Source of the DNA: Microcoleus sp.
GTDB lineage: Bacteria; Cyanobacteriota; Cyanobacteriia; Cyanobacteriales; Microcoleaceae
Length of the DNA stretch: 64,000 bases
Direction: 5' to 3'
NCBI GenBank assembly: GCA_042408215.1
Contig: JAYFMW010000005.1
Location: 320,001 to 384,000 of the forward strand
Shown here: positions 45,301-54,727 of the stretch, in pieces
Layout: every line of letters begins with the position of its first letter
Position numbering within the stretch: position 1 is the first letter of the stretch
Notes under the pieces: model-generated
Seen by the model: only the letters and a program-made list of their open reading frames with translations
The model's database searches: none
What the model was told of the DNA's origin: nothing
Program-made: the position numbers and the translations under genes

Positions 45301-45657
45301 TTGACCCTGACCGTTAGCCTCAGAGGCACTCGCGAAGTCAGGAATAACTATCAGCTATTTCGCCTGACGGGCCTACTGGACGCTTTTTCCGAAGCAACTT
45401 TTCGGAAGGTACTGACCAAATGTATCGACGACGGCCCAAAACACGTAATTTTGGACTTGTCTAAAATTGACTTTGTGGATAGTTCAGGCTTGGGTGCACT
45501 TGTGCAACTTGTCAAAAAAGCCCAAAGTTTGGAGGGGACATTGCAAATTGTTTCCAATCCCCGCGTAACTCAGACTGTTAAACTGGTTCGCTTAGAGAAA
45601 TTTTTGTCTTTGCAGCTGAGTGTGGATGCGGCCGTAAACAACGTCAAGGATGCTTGA
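45301..45657 (+). CDS. STAS-domain anti-sigma factor antagonist
   Basis: LDLSKIDFVDSSGLGALV. Confidence 0.92.
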   Translation: MTLTVSLRGTREVRNNYQLFRLTGLLDAFSEATFRKVLTKCIDDGPKHVILDLSKIDFVDSSGLGALVQLVKKAQSLEGTLQIVSNPRVTQTVKLVRLEKFLSLQLSVDAAVNNVKDA

Positions 45658-45812
45658 CGCCAAAGTTGATTAAATTCGCTATCCGGTTCTCAACGCTGGA
45701 TAGCAAATTTTTATGTTGGTGCTGGTAAAAAAGTATCGCTATAATTAATCAAGTGATGAACTAACTAAGTGACTTGACAAACCAAGCTGTGCGGAATTTT
45801 TATTAAAAAAGT

Positions 45813-46268
45813 ATGTCGCCGATCGCAGATGACCAGCCAAAGCTGAGTCTCATTGATATCAGTTTAAATCGATTACATCCTGGGATGGCGACATCAGCAG
45901 AAATAGAAAGGCTTTCGCCAGCAGCGTGGGCGTATTTGGGAGATGCAGTGTACGAACTCCATGTTCGGAGTTCGTACCTAGTGCCGCCCAAAAAAATGCA
46001 AGCTTATCACGAATTGGTGGTGGGACAAGTACGAGCCGAAACTCAAGCGCGTCACTTGCGATCGATCTCTCCCCACCTGAACAGCACAGAATTAGCAATT
46101 GTCAAGCGCGGCCGCAATGCCGCCGCCGGCCGTTCCAAACGAGCCGATCCCGATTTATATCAGCAAGCAAGCAGCTTAGAAACCTTGGTGGGATACTTAT
46201 ACCTCACCAATCCAGAAAGATTAAGGCAACTTCTGGCACTTTTAGAACTTGACACTCAAACAATTTAG
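45813..46268 (+). CDS. mrnC: mini-ribonuclease III
   Basis: AYLGDAVYEL, KRGRNA and YQQASSLETLVGYLY; lies upstream of rlmB. Confidence 0.92.
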   Translation: MSPIADDQPKLSLIDISLNRLHPGMATSAEIERLSPAAWAYLGDAVYELHVRSSYLVPPKKMQAYHELVVGQVRAETQARHLRSISPHLNSTELAIVKRGRNAAAGRSKRADPDLYQQASSLETLVGYLYLTNPERLRQLLALLELDTQTI

Positions 46269-46409
46269 CAGTAGCCAGTTGTGCACCTCGATCGATTAAA
46301 AACTCCAGCACAGCCAACCTCAAAAAACCTTGCGGTAGATTGGGAGTTACTCCCGAACCGCCAGAAACATAACTATTCCCGAAGCAACTCACTCCTCGAT
46401 CGTCAAAAA

Positions 46410-47948
46410 ATGAGAAAATTTCCTAAACCAAACCCCCAACGTCAACAGCGCGACAGCAAGCCCTTCAAAAGCGAGAGCCGCGATGATGACTCCAGACCGT
46501 CTCTGCGTTTTGAACGGAAGCCCCGTCCCGATACTCGCGGCGTCGCCGGGCCTCAAAAGCGATCGTCCTTCGCCCCCCAATCCCAAGAAATGCCCGTGCG
46601 AGCAATTTTTAAACGCAGTGTTCAACCCGACAGCCAACCGGAACTGCGAAAAAATAATCATTTCAGAGACAGAGACAGAGACAGAGACAGCAGCCCCCAG
46701 GAATCTCGCGGCAATCATTTCAGAGACAGAGACAGCAGCCCCCAGGAATCTCGCGGCAATCATTTCAGAGACAGAGACAGCAGCCCCCAGGAATCTCGCG
46801 GCAATCATTTCAGAGACAGAGACAGCAGCCCCCAGGAATATCGCGGCAATCATTTCAGAGACAGAGACAGCAGCCCCCAGGAATATCGCGGCAATCATTT
46901 CAGCAACAGAGACAGCAGCCCCCAGGAATCTCGCGGCAATCATTTCAGAGACAGAGACAGCAGCCCCCAGGAATCTCGCGGCAATCATTTCAGCAACAGA
47001 GACAGCAGCCCACAGGAATCTCGCGGCAATTCTTACAAAAACAGAGACAGCAGCCCCCAGGAATCTCGCGGCAATCATTTCAGCAACAGAGACAGCAGCC
47101 CCCAGGAATCTCGCGGCAATTATTACAAAAACAGAGACAGTCGCCCGGTTGAGAATGCGAACACTACCGTCGTCCAAGCAGAAGCAGACACAGACATGAT
47201 TTACGGCCGCCATGCAGTGCAGGCCGCTTTAGAAGCAAACCAAGTGCTCAACCGGATCTGGGTTGTGCCACATCTGCGCTACGATCCCCGCTTTCACAGC
47301 TTGCTAACCGAAGCTAAATCCAACGGTAGCATCATTGACGAAGTGGACGATTTGCGCCTCGACTACATCACGCGCAAGGCCAACCACCAAGGTGTCGCCG
47401 CTCAAGTATCAGCCTACGAATACCTCGATTTGAGCGAACTAATCGCCAAGGCTAAATCTGCTTGCGAACATCCCGTACTCGTAGTAGCAGAAGGACTCAA
47501 CGATCCCCACAATTTAGGGGCGATTATTCGCACCGCAGAAGCATTAGGCACTCAGGGCGTAGTGATCCCGCAGCGGCGAGCCGTTGGGATTACGTCTGCG
47601 GTGAGAAAAGTGGCAGCAGGGGCATTGGAAAGCCTGCCAGTGGCTAGGGTTGTCAATCTCAGCCGCGCTTTGGAAGAATTGAAAGAGGCTGGATTTTGGA
47701 TTTACGGCACTGCTGCTGATGCCGGTCAATCGGTAGAGACAGTCAATTTCTCCGGTCCCACTGTTTTAGTTGTGGGCGGTGAATCTGACGGTTTGAGCCT
47801 TTTGATACAGCGCGGCTGTGACGGATTAGTTTCAATTCCACTCAGGGGCAAAACTCCTAGCCTGAATGTGTCCGTAGCAACGGGCATGGCTTTGTACGAA
47901 ATTTACCGCCAACGCGGGCCCAAGAAATTTCACGTACACGGAGGTTGA
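46410..47948 (+). CDS. rlmB: 23S rRNA Gm2251 2'-O-methyltransferase RlmB with repeat-expanded N-terminus
   Basis: [24 protein letters not shown] and SLNVSVA SPOUT motifs. Confidence 0.95.
   Translation: MRKFPKPNPQRQQRDSKPFKSESRDDDSRPSLRFERKPRPDTRGVAGPQKRSSFAPQSQEMPVRAIFKRSVQPDSQPELRKNNHFRDRDRDRDSSPQESRGNHFRDRDSSPQESRGNHFRDRDSSPQESRGNHFRDRDSSPQEYRGNHFRDRDSSPQEYRGNHFSNRDSSPQESRGNHFRDRDSSPQESRGNHFSNRDSSPQESRGNSYKNRDSSPQESRGNHFSNRDSSPQESRGNYYKNRDSRPVENANTTVVQAEADTDMIYGRHAVQAALEANQVLNRIWVVPHLRYDPRFHSLLTEAKSNGSIIDEVDDLRLDYITRKANHQGVAAQVSAYEYLDLSELIAKAKSACEHPVLVVAEGLNDPHNLGAIIRTAEALGTQGVVIPQRRAVGITSAVRKVAAGALESLPVARVVNLSRALEELKEAGFWIYGTAADAGQSVETVNFSGPTVLVVGGESDGLSLLIQRGCDGLVSIPLRGKTPSLNVSVATGMALYEIYRQRGPKKFHVHGG
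46656..47141 (+). repeat. 45-bp coding tandem repeat, ten units plus a partial
   Basis: [15 protein letters not shown] units with minor variants. Confidence 0.95.
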
Positions 47949-48011
47949 CATACAGTGGTCAATTCTCTAACAATCATTCACATATGCTACCAGATGTGAG
48001 AGCGTTAGTGA

Positions 48012-48587
48012 ATGGCATACATACCGCTTAGAAAAGCAGTCGAATTTCTAGGCTTGCATCCAAACACGTTAAGGAAATACGCAGATGAAGGGCAGATTAA
48101 ATCAATCAAAAATGGAGCAGGGCAACGCCTTTACGACGTTGAGTCTTACCAAAAAGATGGAAGCATCTGCTCAGTCATCTGCTACTGCCGAGTCAGTAGT
48201 GCCAAGCAAAAAGACGACCTTGCTAGACAAGTCGAGTTCATGCAACAGCGATACCCCGACTCGGAAATCATCCAAGACATCGGCTCTGGACTTAACTTCA
48301 AAAGAAAAGGACTGCAAGCCTTACTGGTCAGATTTATGCGCGGAGATCAGCTCACGATTGTTGTTGCCTGTAGAGACAGGCTCTGCCGATTTGGATTTGA
48401 ACTTTTCGAGTTCATGGCAAAACAAAACGGTGGAGAAATCGTGGTTCTCTCAAATCCTGTTCACTGCCCAGAATCCGAACTTACAGCCGATCTTCTTGCC
48501 ATCCTTCACGTCTTTAGTTGCCGAATGCACGGACTCAGGAGCTACCGCCAGAAAATCAAAGAAGATCCGACTATTCCTAAGCCCTGA
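48012..48587 (+). CDS. tnpA: IS607 serine recombinase TnpA (MerR-like HTH + resolvase)
   Basis: LGLHPNTLR, YCRVSS, DIGSGLN and DRLCRFG. Confidence 0.95.
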   Translation: MAYIPLRKAVEFLGLHPNTLRKYADEGQIKSIKNGAGQRLYDVESYQKDGSICSVICYCRVSSAKQKDDLARQVEFMQQRYPDSEIIQDIGSGLNFKRKGLQALLVRFMRGDQLTIVVACRDRLCRFGFELFEFMAKQNGGEIVVLSNPVHCPESELTADLLAILHVFSCRMHGLRSYRQKIKEDPTIPKP

Positions 48588-49665
48588 GCAAAAAGCAATA
48601 CTCAAACAATGCTTTGGAGTTAGTCGTTACGTCTACAACACAACTATCAAATACTTGCAGCAACCAGACACTAAAGCCAATTGGATGTCAATCAAAACGG
48701 ACATACTTAATGGATTACCTGATTGGGCAAAGCCTGTACCATTTCAAATTAAATCTATTGCCATTAAAGATGCTTGCACGGCTGTCAAAAAAGCCCAAGC
48801 AGATTTCAATAAAACTGGCAAAATTTGGAGCGGCAAATTTCGCAGTCGCAAAGACACAAAACAGTCTCTTTATATTCCGAAGTCTGCCCTTGGGGCGAAA
48901 GGAATTTATCATACAAAATTGGGTCAGTCAAAGCTGAAAGAGGCATTACCCAAAGGCTTCAGTGATGGACGATTGACCCTTGCCTATGGCGAGTATTACA
49001 TTGTTGTATCTGAAGAAGTGCAACCACGTCAGACCGATAACCAAGGTCGCGTGGTTGCCTTAGACCCCGGTGTTAGAACGTTCATGACTTTCTTTTCTGA
49101 GTCATCCTATGGATGGCTTGGGAATGATTCTAATCTTTGGATTCAAAAGTTTTGTTTCAGGTTGGACAAGTTGATCTCAAGGATGAGTAAAACGAATAGC
49201 CCGCAACGCAAAAGACTCAAAAAAGCAGCGGACAGATTAAAGTCTAAGATTCAACATCTTGTCAAAGAGTTGCATCACAAGACTGCTAAGTTTTTAGTTG
49301 ATAATTTTGACGTGATATTACTTCCATCGTTTGAGTCTTCTCAGATGGTGAGCAAGTCACGTCGCAAGATTCGCTCTAAAACTGTTCGTCAAATGCTTAC
49401 TCTGAGTCATTATCAGTTCAAAAAGCATCTAGAGTGGAAAGCTTGGGAGCAAGGCAAAGTTGCTTTAACTTCTATCAACGAAGCTTACACTTCAAAGACT
49501 GTTTCATGGACTGGAGAAATCAAAAAGATTGGTGGTAGCAGAACGATTAAAGATTCTGATGGAAATCAGATGAACCGGGATCTAAATGGTGCTCGTGGGA
49601 TTTTCCTTCGGGCATCGGTTGATACGCCTTGGTTGAGATCGAATCTCAACTTATGTATTTGTTAG
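48085..49665 (+). CDS. tnpB: IS607 TnpB, Fanzor2-like type; start uncertain, overlaps tnpA
   Basis: ALDPGVRTF, ILLPSFE, NEAYTSKT and NRDLNGA. Confidence 0.9.
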   Translation: MKGRLNQSKMEQGNAFTTLSLTKKMEASAQSSATAESVVPSKKTTLLDKSSSCNSDTPTRKSSKTSALDLTSKEKDCKPYWSDLCAEISSRLLLPVETGSADLDLNFSSSWQNKTVEKSWFSQILFTAQNPNLQPIFLPSFTSLVAECTDSGATARKSKKIRLFLSPEQKAILKQCFGVSRYVYNTTIKYLQQPDTKANWMSIKTDILNGLPDWAKPVPFQIKSIAIKDACTAVKKAQADFNKTGKIWSGKFRSRKDTKQSLYIPKSALGAKGIYHTKLGQSKLKEALPKGFSDGRLTLAYGEYYIVVSEEVQPRQTDNQGRVVALDPGVRTFMTFFSESSYGWLGNDSNLWIQKFCFRLDKLISRMSKTNSPQRKRLKKAADRLKSKIQHLVKELHHKTAKFLVDNFDVILLPSFESSQMVSKSRRKIRSKTVRQMLTLSHYQFKKHLEWKAWEQGKVALTSINEAYTSKTVSWTGEIKKIGGSRTIKDSDGNQMNRDLNGARGIFLRASVDTPWLRSNLNLCIC

Positions 49666-49766
49666 TGAAAGTTAACGAAAAAGTATCGGTTGAAGCTGTA
49701 AATAACTAAGGCGTAGGCTTGGCCTGCATCACTCTGGAAAAAACGTCAAATACATTACAAAAGCAC

Positions 49767-50030
49767 GTCAGTAACTCCGCCTTAAAGGGACTGAGCTTGC
49801 ACTTCGACTCCGCGAGCGTGACCGTTGAGTTTCGTCAAGCTATACTGACCAGCTATCGTCTTAACTGACTCCGTTATTTGAGTCACGACACTCCTTGAAT
49901 GCGACGCTAGTTTTGGGCTCAGTCATCTGCAATTAAACAGTTCTCAAGTCACGCTTTACAGTGTTGCAGGTTGAAAAAGCTCTTATAACAAAGGCGCGCG
50001 CGAAAATTACCCGCAAGGGATTCGGAGACA
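49767..50030 (+). ncRNA. HEARO/IscB omega-RNA-like scaffold without iscB
   Basis: GTCAGTAACTCCGCC...GCTTG start, then TGACCAGC, CGTTA, GACAC, TTAAACAG, CAGTG, AAAAGC...TAACA and ATTACC blocks in HEARO-like order. Recognised by eye, not by covariance model. Confidence 0.65.
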
Positions 50031-50162
50031 ACCAGATCTCCACTCTGGGGCAATCATACCCCTCCACCCCCACCAGGGGAATCACTCTTGACTGAAGTCC
50101 CCCTGAGAGTTTCTCTCTCTTTCTCTGAAGCCTCTGAGTTTCCCACTTACCGAACTTTTTTT

Positions 50163-50441
50163 ATGAAAGAACTCTTGATTAGCTTACTCAACTTTTTCGG
50201 ATTGGCTTGGTGGGTTGAAGTTAAAACTTCAACGCCGCGGTGCATTTACTATTTTGGCCCGTTCATGAGGGCTAAAGAGGCGGAAGCTGCAAAAGCAGGA
50301 TATATAGAAGACATCGAAAATGAAGGTGCTCAAGGTATTAAGGTTTTGATTCAACGCTGCAAACCGATTGATTTGACGGTTGCAGAAGATTTGGGAAAGC
50401 TTGGTGACGGAGGGATGTTGCCTGTTTTTAGCGGCCAGTAG
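50163..50441 (+). CDS. DUF1816 family protein
   Basis: WWVEVKT..PRCIYYFGPF...GYIEDIENEGA. Confidence 0.88.
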   Translation: MKELLISLLNFFGLAWWVEVKTSTPRCIYYFGPFMRAKEAEAAKAGYIEDIENEGAQGIKVLIQRCKPIDLTVAEDLGKLGDGGMLPVFSGQ

Positions 50442-50533
50442 CGATGGTCGAGCAGAAGTTTTGAGTTTTGAGTGAGCGAGTTTTGATTTTTAAATTCAAA
50501 ACTATTGACTTTTGGGCGATTAGTTGCTTCGGG

Positions 50534-50860
50534 GGTTGATTAACAGTCAGACTTTTTCTGACATTTGCTAACAATCACTTACATTGGCCCGAGGTCTTTA
50601 TGGCACTGTAGAATGAATTTAGCCGCTCGGATTTAGGTGAAAAACCTTGGTAGTAAGCAACCTCTATCTAAATAAGTTGCCTCTACAGTATCAAAGCAAA
50701 TAAAATCAAGATTGGCTAAATGCGGTCACGCGAAAACCAAGCTGAACGCTCATAGTACAAGTGCTTGTAGAGATTTCTACGGGCATTGGTTGATACGCCT
50801 TAGTTGAGAACTGAGCTCAACTTATGTATTTGTTAGCAAACGTTAGCAAAAAAGGATCGG
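50534..50860 (+). mobile_element. IS607-derived non-coding element, copy 2
   Basis: Same 327-bp sequence as 43572-43898 except a change near the right end (AGGATCGG). Confidence 0.9.
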
Positions 50861-50870
50861 AACTCAAAAC

Positions 50871-51707
50871 TTAAGACTCGTAATTCCCAACTACCTGCGG
50901 GAGGGTATCGATCCATCGATCGATGTCTGCGAGTACCCGATCGGGAATTTCCCAGGGGAACAAGTGGGCTGTATTGGGATAGCACTGCCACTGACTGTTG
51001 TGGAGGTGGCGGGCTGTTTCTAAGCTCGATTGTGAGGTGATGTGCCGATCGGCCTCTCCGGCCAGCACTAAGCAGGGACAATGAATGTCGCCGAGGTGGG
51101 CAAGCCGATCGTATCGGGCCCTCAGAGCGGTATTTAGGGCCTTGGTAGCCCTGCGGTCGGTCTGTAGGTAGGCGGGGGTACCGGCGGCGGCTAGGTAGCG
51201 GTAAGGGGTGGCTGTATGCTGCTGTATCAAGTAGCGAAAGAGCGATCGCTTGCCAAAAGTATCAATATTCCACTGCCACCCCGGTATCGCCCAATTGATA
51301 ATTCCGGCTAAACCGGTGTATAGGTGATCTGGCCAAGAGATGGGAGGGTGACTTCCTGTTGGTTTGGCGGCGGACGCGAGTAGAATCAAACCTGTGACTC
51401 GCTGGGGATATTTCATGGCTAATTCGAGGGCTAAAATCCCTCCTAAAGACCATCCGATTACCAAACATCGATCGATTCCAAATCGATCGAGAAGTGCTTC
51501 TAGATCGAGGAGGTGGTCGGTCATTTCAAAGGGGACAGAGGTGCGGCTGTTGCCGTATCCGCGTAAGTCTGGGGCGATCGTTTGGAAGCGTTTTGATAGG
51601 TGTTCTGTGAAGACGGACATACAGTAGCCGGAACCTGGATGGCCGTGCAAGCAGAGAATGGGAAATCCTGTTCCTTTGACAGAAACGCTGAGTTTTGTGT
51701 GTGGCAT
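50871..51707 (-). CDS. alpha/beta fold hydrolase
   Basis: LHGHPG, DLRGYG and GWSLGG nucleophile elbow. Confidence 0.92.
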   Translation of the reverse strand: MPHTKLSVSVKGTGFPILCLHGHPGSGYCMSVFTEHLSKRFQTIAPDLRGYGNSRTSVPFEMTDHLLDLEALLDRFGIDRCLVIGWSLGGILALELAMKYPQRVTGLILLASAAKPTGSHPPISWPDHLYTGLAGIINWAIPGWQWNIDTFGKRSLFRYLIQQHTATPYRYLAAAGTPAYLQTDRRATKALNTALRARYDRLAHLGDIHCPCLVLAGEADRHITSQSSLETARHLHNSQWQCYPNTAHLFPWEIPDRVLADIDRWIDTLPQVVGNYES

Positions 51708-51792
51708 TTTCTGATTACTGTAATAAGCCCCCGGATTGCTCCGTGGGGTTGCTTTCTTCAATTCTTCAATTCTCCAATCTCAAGTCTAAAAT

Positions 51793-53130
51793 CTAAAATC
51801 TAAAATCGATAAAGCTGGGATTCCGGCTAATGTAATCGGCAATTTTAGAAATAGACTGACGCATTTCTGTATCGCTGCCACTGCTGCTGTCAATTACAGT
51901 AATCACATAGGCTTCGCCGTCAATGCTCATCGCTAAAGTTGTGCCGAGAACTAGGGAATTTTCGCCGGTTTTTTCGCCCAGCCACTGAGCTTGAGTGCCT
52001 TTGAGAGCGGCAAATCCTATATTGCGATCGTATTGGCGGTTTAGGGTTTCTACTAAGAATTTAGCACCGGGTGTTTCGCCATTGTAAATTTGCACCATCA
52101 TTTCGGTGAGTTCGTTGACAGTCACGCGGTTACGGCCAGAACCGGGGTTGGTAGGCATAATCTTTTCCCCCATTAATTTGAAGTTGACGCGGGTGACTTG
52201 GTAGCCGCTATTTTCTAAGACTTGATTGATGTAATCGGCACCCAAATAATCAATAAGTTGATTGGTCGCAATATTACTGCTGCGATCGATCATTTCTTCT
52301 AACAGTGTCTTGAGCGGATAATTCTGCTTGGACTCAATTTTCGTCGATGAGTCTTCGGTGAAATTGCCCGGAGTCACATAGACTTTCTTGTCGAGACTTA
52401 TTTGTTCTTTGGCGACTTTGTTCATCAGGGCGACAGCAATGGGAAGTTTAATTAAGCTGGCTGGACTGACAGGAGGTACATCGCCCCGGAGGTGTAAGCA
52501 TTCTCTAGAAAGGCGACAAATGCCGATCGAAGCTTTCCCAGACAAGCCGCTTTCCCGGGCAATCGATCCCAAAAGCTCTGATTTGGCTTGCTGTAGTTGA
52601 GAGGTTGCTGCTGTTAAATTTTCGCGGTATTCTTGAATTTTTGAGGCAGTTAGAGGGGCTAAAAATGAATTTTGAGGAATTTCTTGCAAGTTGTTGAGGG
52701 CTTGCTGCCACAGAAATTGAGTTTGCTGCCCAGATTCGATCGACTGATTTGATGTAAGTCCAGCTTCTACGGCTTGGTTGGCTAAACGTACTGCTTGTTG
52801 CAAGTTGTCGTTAGCTCTTTGTTCTACTAATATTTGTACCTCTACTGCTTGCAAATCCTGTATCAGAGTTTCTTGAGGATTGGTGGTGGCGGTTACTAAG
52901 CGATCGAGCAGGGTTGGTTCTGGGGAGGGCGAGGGGGGTGTTTCTAATTGGGTGATGATGCGATCGCGGATTTTGTAGAGTTGATCGAGGGAGCGGAGGT
53001 TGGATGATTGAGAAAATGAACTGGCGATCGTTAACACCTGAAACAATCCGATCCCAGCTACTACTGCCAAAGTCTTGTTTATGGCAGGCGAAAAACGCCG
53101 AATCCCCAGCATAGTTAACATCCTCAACAC
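51793..53130 (-). CDS. serine hydrolase, class A beta-lactamase/PBP-like
   Basis: SxxK (PASLIK), SSN and KTG motifs; N-terminal signal or membrane segment. Confidence 0.88.
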   Translation of the reverse strand: MLRMLTMLGIRRFSPAINKTLAVVAGIGLFQVLTIASSFSQSSNLRSLDQLYKIRDRIITQLETPPSPSPEPTLLDRLVTATTNPQETLIQDLQAVEVQILVEQRANDNLQQAVRLANQAVEAGLTSNQSIESGQQTQFLWQQALNNLQEIPQNSFLAPLTASKIQEYRENLTAATSQLQQAKSELLGSIARESGLSGKASIGICRLSRECLHLRGDVPPVSPASLIKLPIAVALMNKVAKEQISLDKKVYVTPGNFTEDSSTKIESKQNYPLKTLLEEMIDRSSNIATNQLIDYLGADYINQVLENSGYQVTRVNFKLMGEKIMPTNPGSGRNRVTVNELTEMMVQIYNGETPGAKFLVETLNRQYDRNIGFAALKGTQAQWLGEKTGENSLVLGTTLAMSIDGEAYVITVIDSSSGSDTEMRQSISKIADYISRNPSFIDFRF

Positions 53131-53232
53131 AATAATATTTACAGCGAAGCCCTATGCGATCAAAGAGGTTATCCAAGAGAAAGAGGGCTATTGCAGTTTA
53201 GCAATTAACGCCCTCTAAATATTGGGTAAAAT

Positions 53233-53688
53233 CTACTTTCTGCGCCGGCGTCGCCAGTTAACACCCAAGCGCTTGAGGTAGTCCCAGCCGCGTTGGGGCC
53301 AGACATGAGCCCGGCCGGTCTTTTCGGCAATCCAGCGAGCTACTTTGGGGCCCGTCCAGTCTCCGCCGTCGGGGGCTGGGTTTTGCAGCGCTTGTCGCAG
53401 TTCTGCTTGCTGTTCTGGATTGAGTAAGGATTTAGCGGGAGGGGGCTGGCGGTCTCTGCTGCGGTTTTTGACAGAGTTGGGCCCTTCTCGGTTGTAGCGC
53501 TGGACAATTTCTTTGGCGTAGTCGTAGTTGAGGCCTATGACTTGGGCTGCTTGTTTGATAGTCCAATTTCTGGAAACTAATAGCAGCAAGTGCCAGCGGC
53601 GTGACTCTGTGGTGTTTTGTGCCTGCCGGTAGCGAATTCTGATTTCCTCTGCCGTCAGGTGAGATTCTAGGTGGGCTTTAGGTGGCAT
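53233..53688 (-). CDS. helix-turn-helix protein resembling the N-terminal half of IS630-family transposases
   Basis: HLTAEEI..RYRQA, RYNREGP, APDGGDWTGPKVARWI and QRGWDYLK; no DDE domain follows. Confidence 0.75.
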   Translation of the reverse strand: MPPKAHLESHLTAEEIRIRYRQAQNTTESRRWHLLLLVSRNWTIKQAAQVIGLNYDYAKEIVQRYNREGPNSVKNRSRDRQPPPAKSLLNPEQQAELRQALQNPAPDGGDWTGPKVARWIAEKTGRAHVWPQRGWDYLKRLGVNWRRRRRK

Positions 53689-54727
53689 ACCTCCATCGGG
53701 GCATCGGGAAGTTCTTACCATATTTCTCTCGGTTTGGGGAGAATCCCGGATAGTATTTTATCAAAGAGTTTGATTCTGGCGATCGGGGAGGCAAATACAA
53801 AGCTTTTTTTACCGCAGATGTCGGCGGCTGGACGCGGATTGACGCGGATGAAGCAAGTGTGAAATTTACAATTTTCAATGTACGGTCAGGCGATTTGCTG
53901 AAGTGGGGGATTGGAGTCGGCCTGTGCCCTAAAGCAAAGCCGGGGCTGGTGGTGAGTGTTCTGATTCGCCGCCGTCAGGGACAAGCTGCGATCGCCCCTG
54001 TTGTTAAACCGGGCCAATAGATTGAGGTATGTTCGATCGCTCTTTTGTTCGCAGGGGGATCAAAGGGCGATCGATCTTTTTCAACGGCAGATGACTCACA
54101 GGGGGGACGCTCGTGCCACAATAAATGGGGATTGGAGAGGGCGATCGCTGTCAGGTAGCAGTAGGAAAAGAAAACCTACAGCTAGGTTGTTTCATCTTTG
54201 ATTTTTGTCAAATTTGCATTATGTACAGACTGATGATTTTTTTGAGTTTTTCATGAGCTTCTATGGCGATCGCCGCTCCTAAATCTGGACGAACAACCCA
54301 CCACCAAACTAGGGTTTCTAAATGATTGGGGGTGTCATCGTTGGGACACTATTCAATAGTATTTTCGTTGACAACAATAATATTGGCACAAAGAGCGTTG
54401 GCAATGGCAACGCGATCGTCTAGTTTTTCAAACTGTACGATGTCTTGCCAGGGAATTTTATGGGGAAGAGAATTGAGAATTGATTGAATATCTAGAGTCA
54501 GCATTATGGGAGTAATAAATAGAGGATTTTAATCTCCGATATTAACATTTAATAAGTTCGAGCGAAAAAGCCGATCGCCCCCTCGAACTTTCGCCACAAA
54601 AATAATCGCTCCGTAGAACTACGCGAACCCACCAGGCGTGCAGACTTTGCCTTCGGACTGTAAGCAGGTACAATTGCCAGCTATATTGGCTGTATTGTCT
54701 CAAAGTAGAAATAATAAAGGTACGAGC

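Larger units (their letters stand above)
47943..49689 (+). mobile_element. IS607-family element (tnpA + tnpB)
   Basis: Bounded by GG dinucleotides (GG|TTGACAT ... AAGTATCGG); serine recombinase followed by tnpB. Confidence 0.93.

Noticed and set aside
46656..47141. Possible CRISPR array
   Set aside because: Units are head-to-tail with no unique spacers, in frame in rlmB, and there are no cas genes in the window.
46389..47213. Long antisense and alternate-frame ORFs (274 aa, 238 aa)
   Set aside because: They are by-products of the stop-free 45-bp repeat.
47943..47948. IS607 insertion truncating rlmB, or a 6-bp target duplication
   Set aside because: The right flank also reads GGTTGA, so excision restores the same stop. 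The mini-elements start with the same GGTTGA, so it is the element end resembling its target rather than a duplication.
53730..54720. Roughly 1-kb intergenic region upstream of gatA as a hidden gene or ncRNA
   Set aside because: Only short ORFs without recognisable motifs, and no convincing structure by eye.
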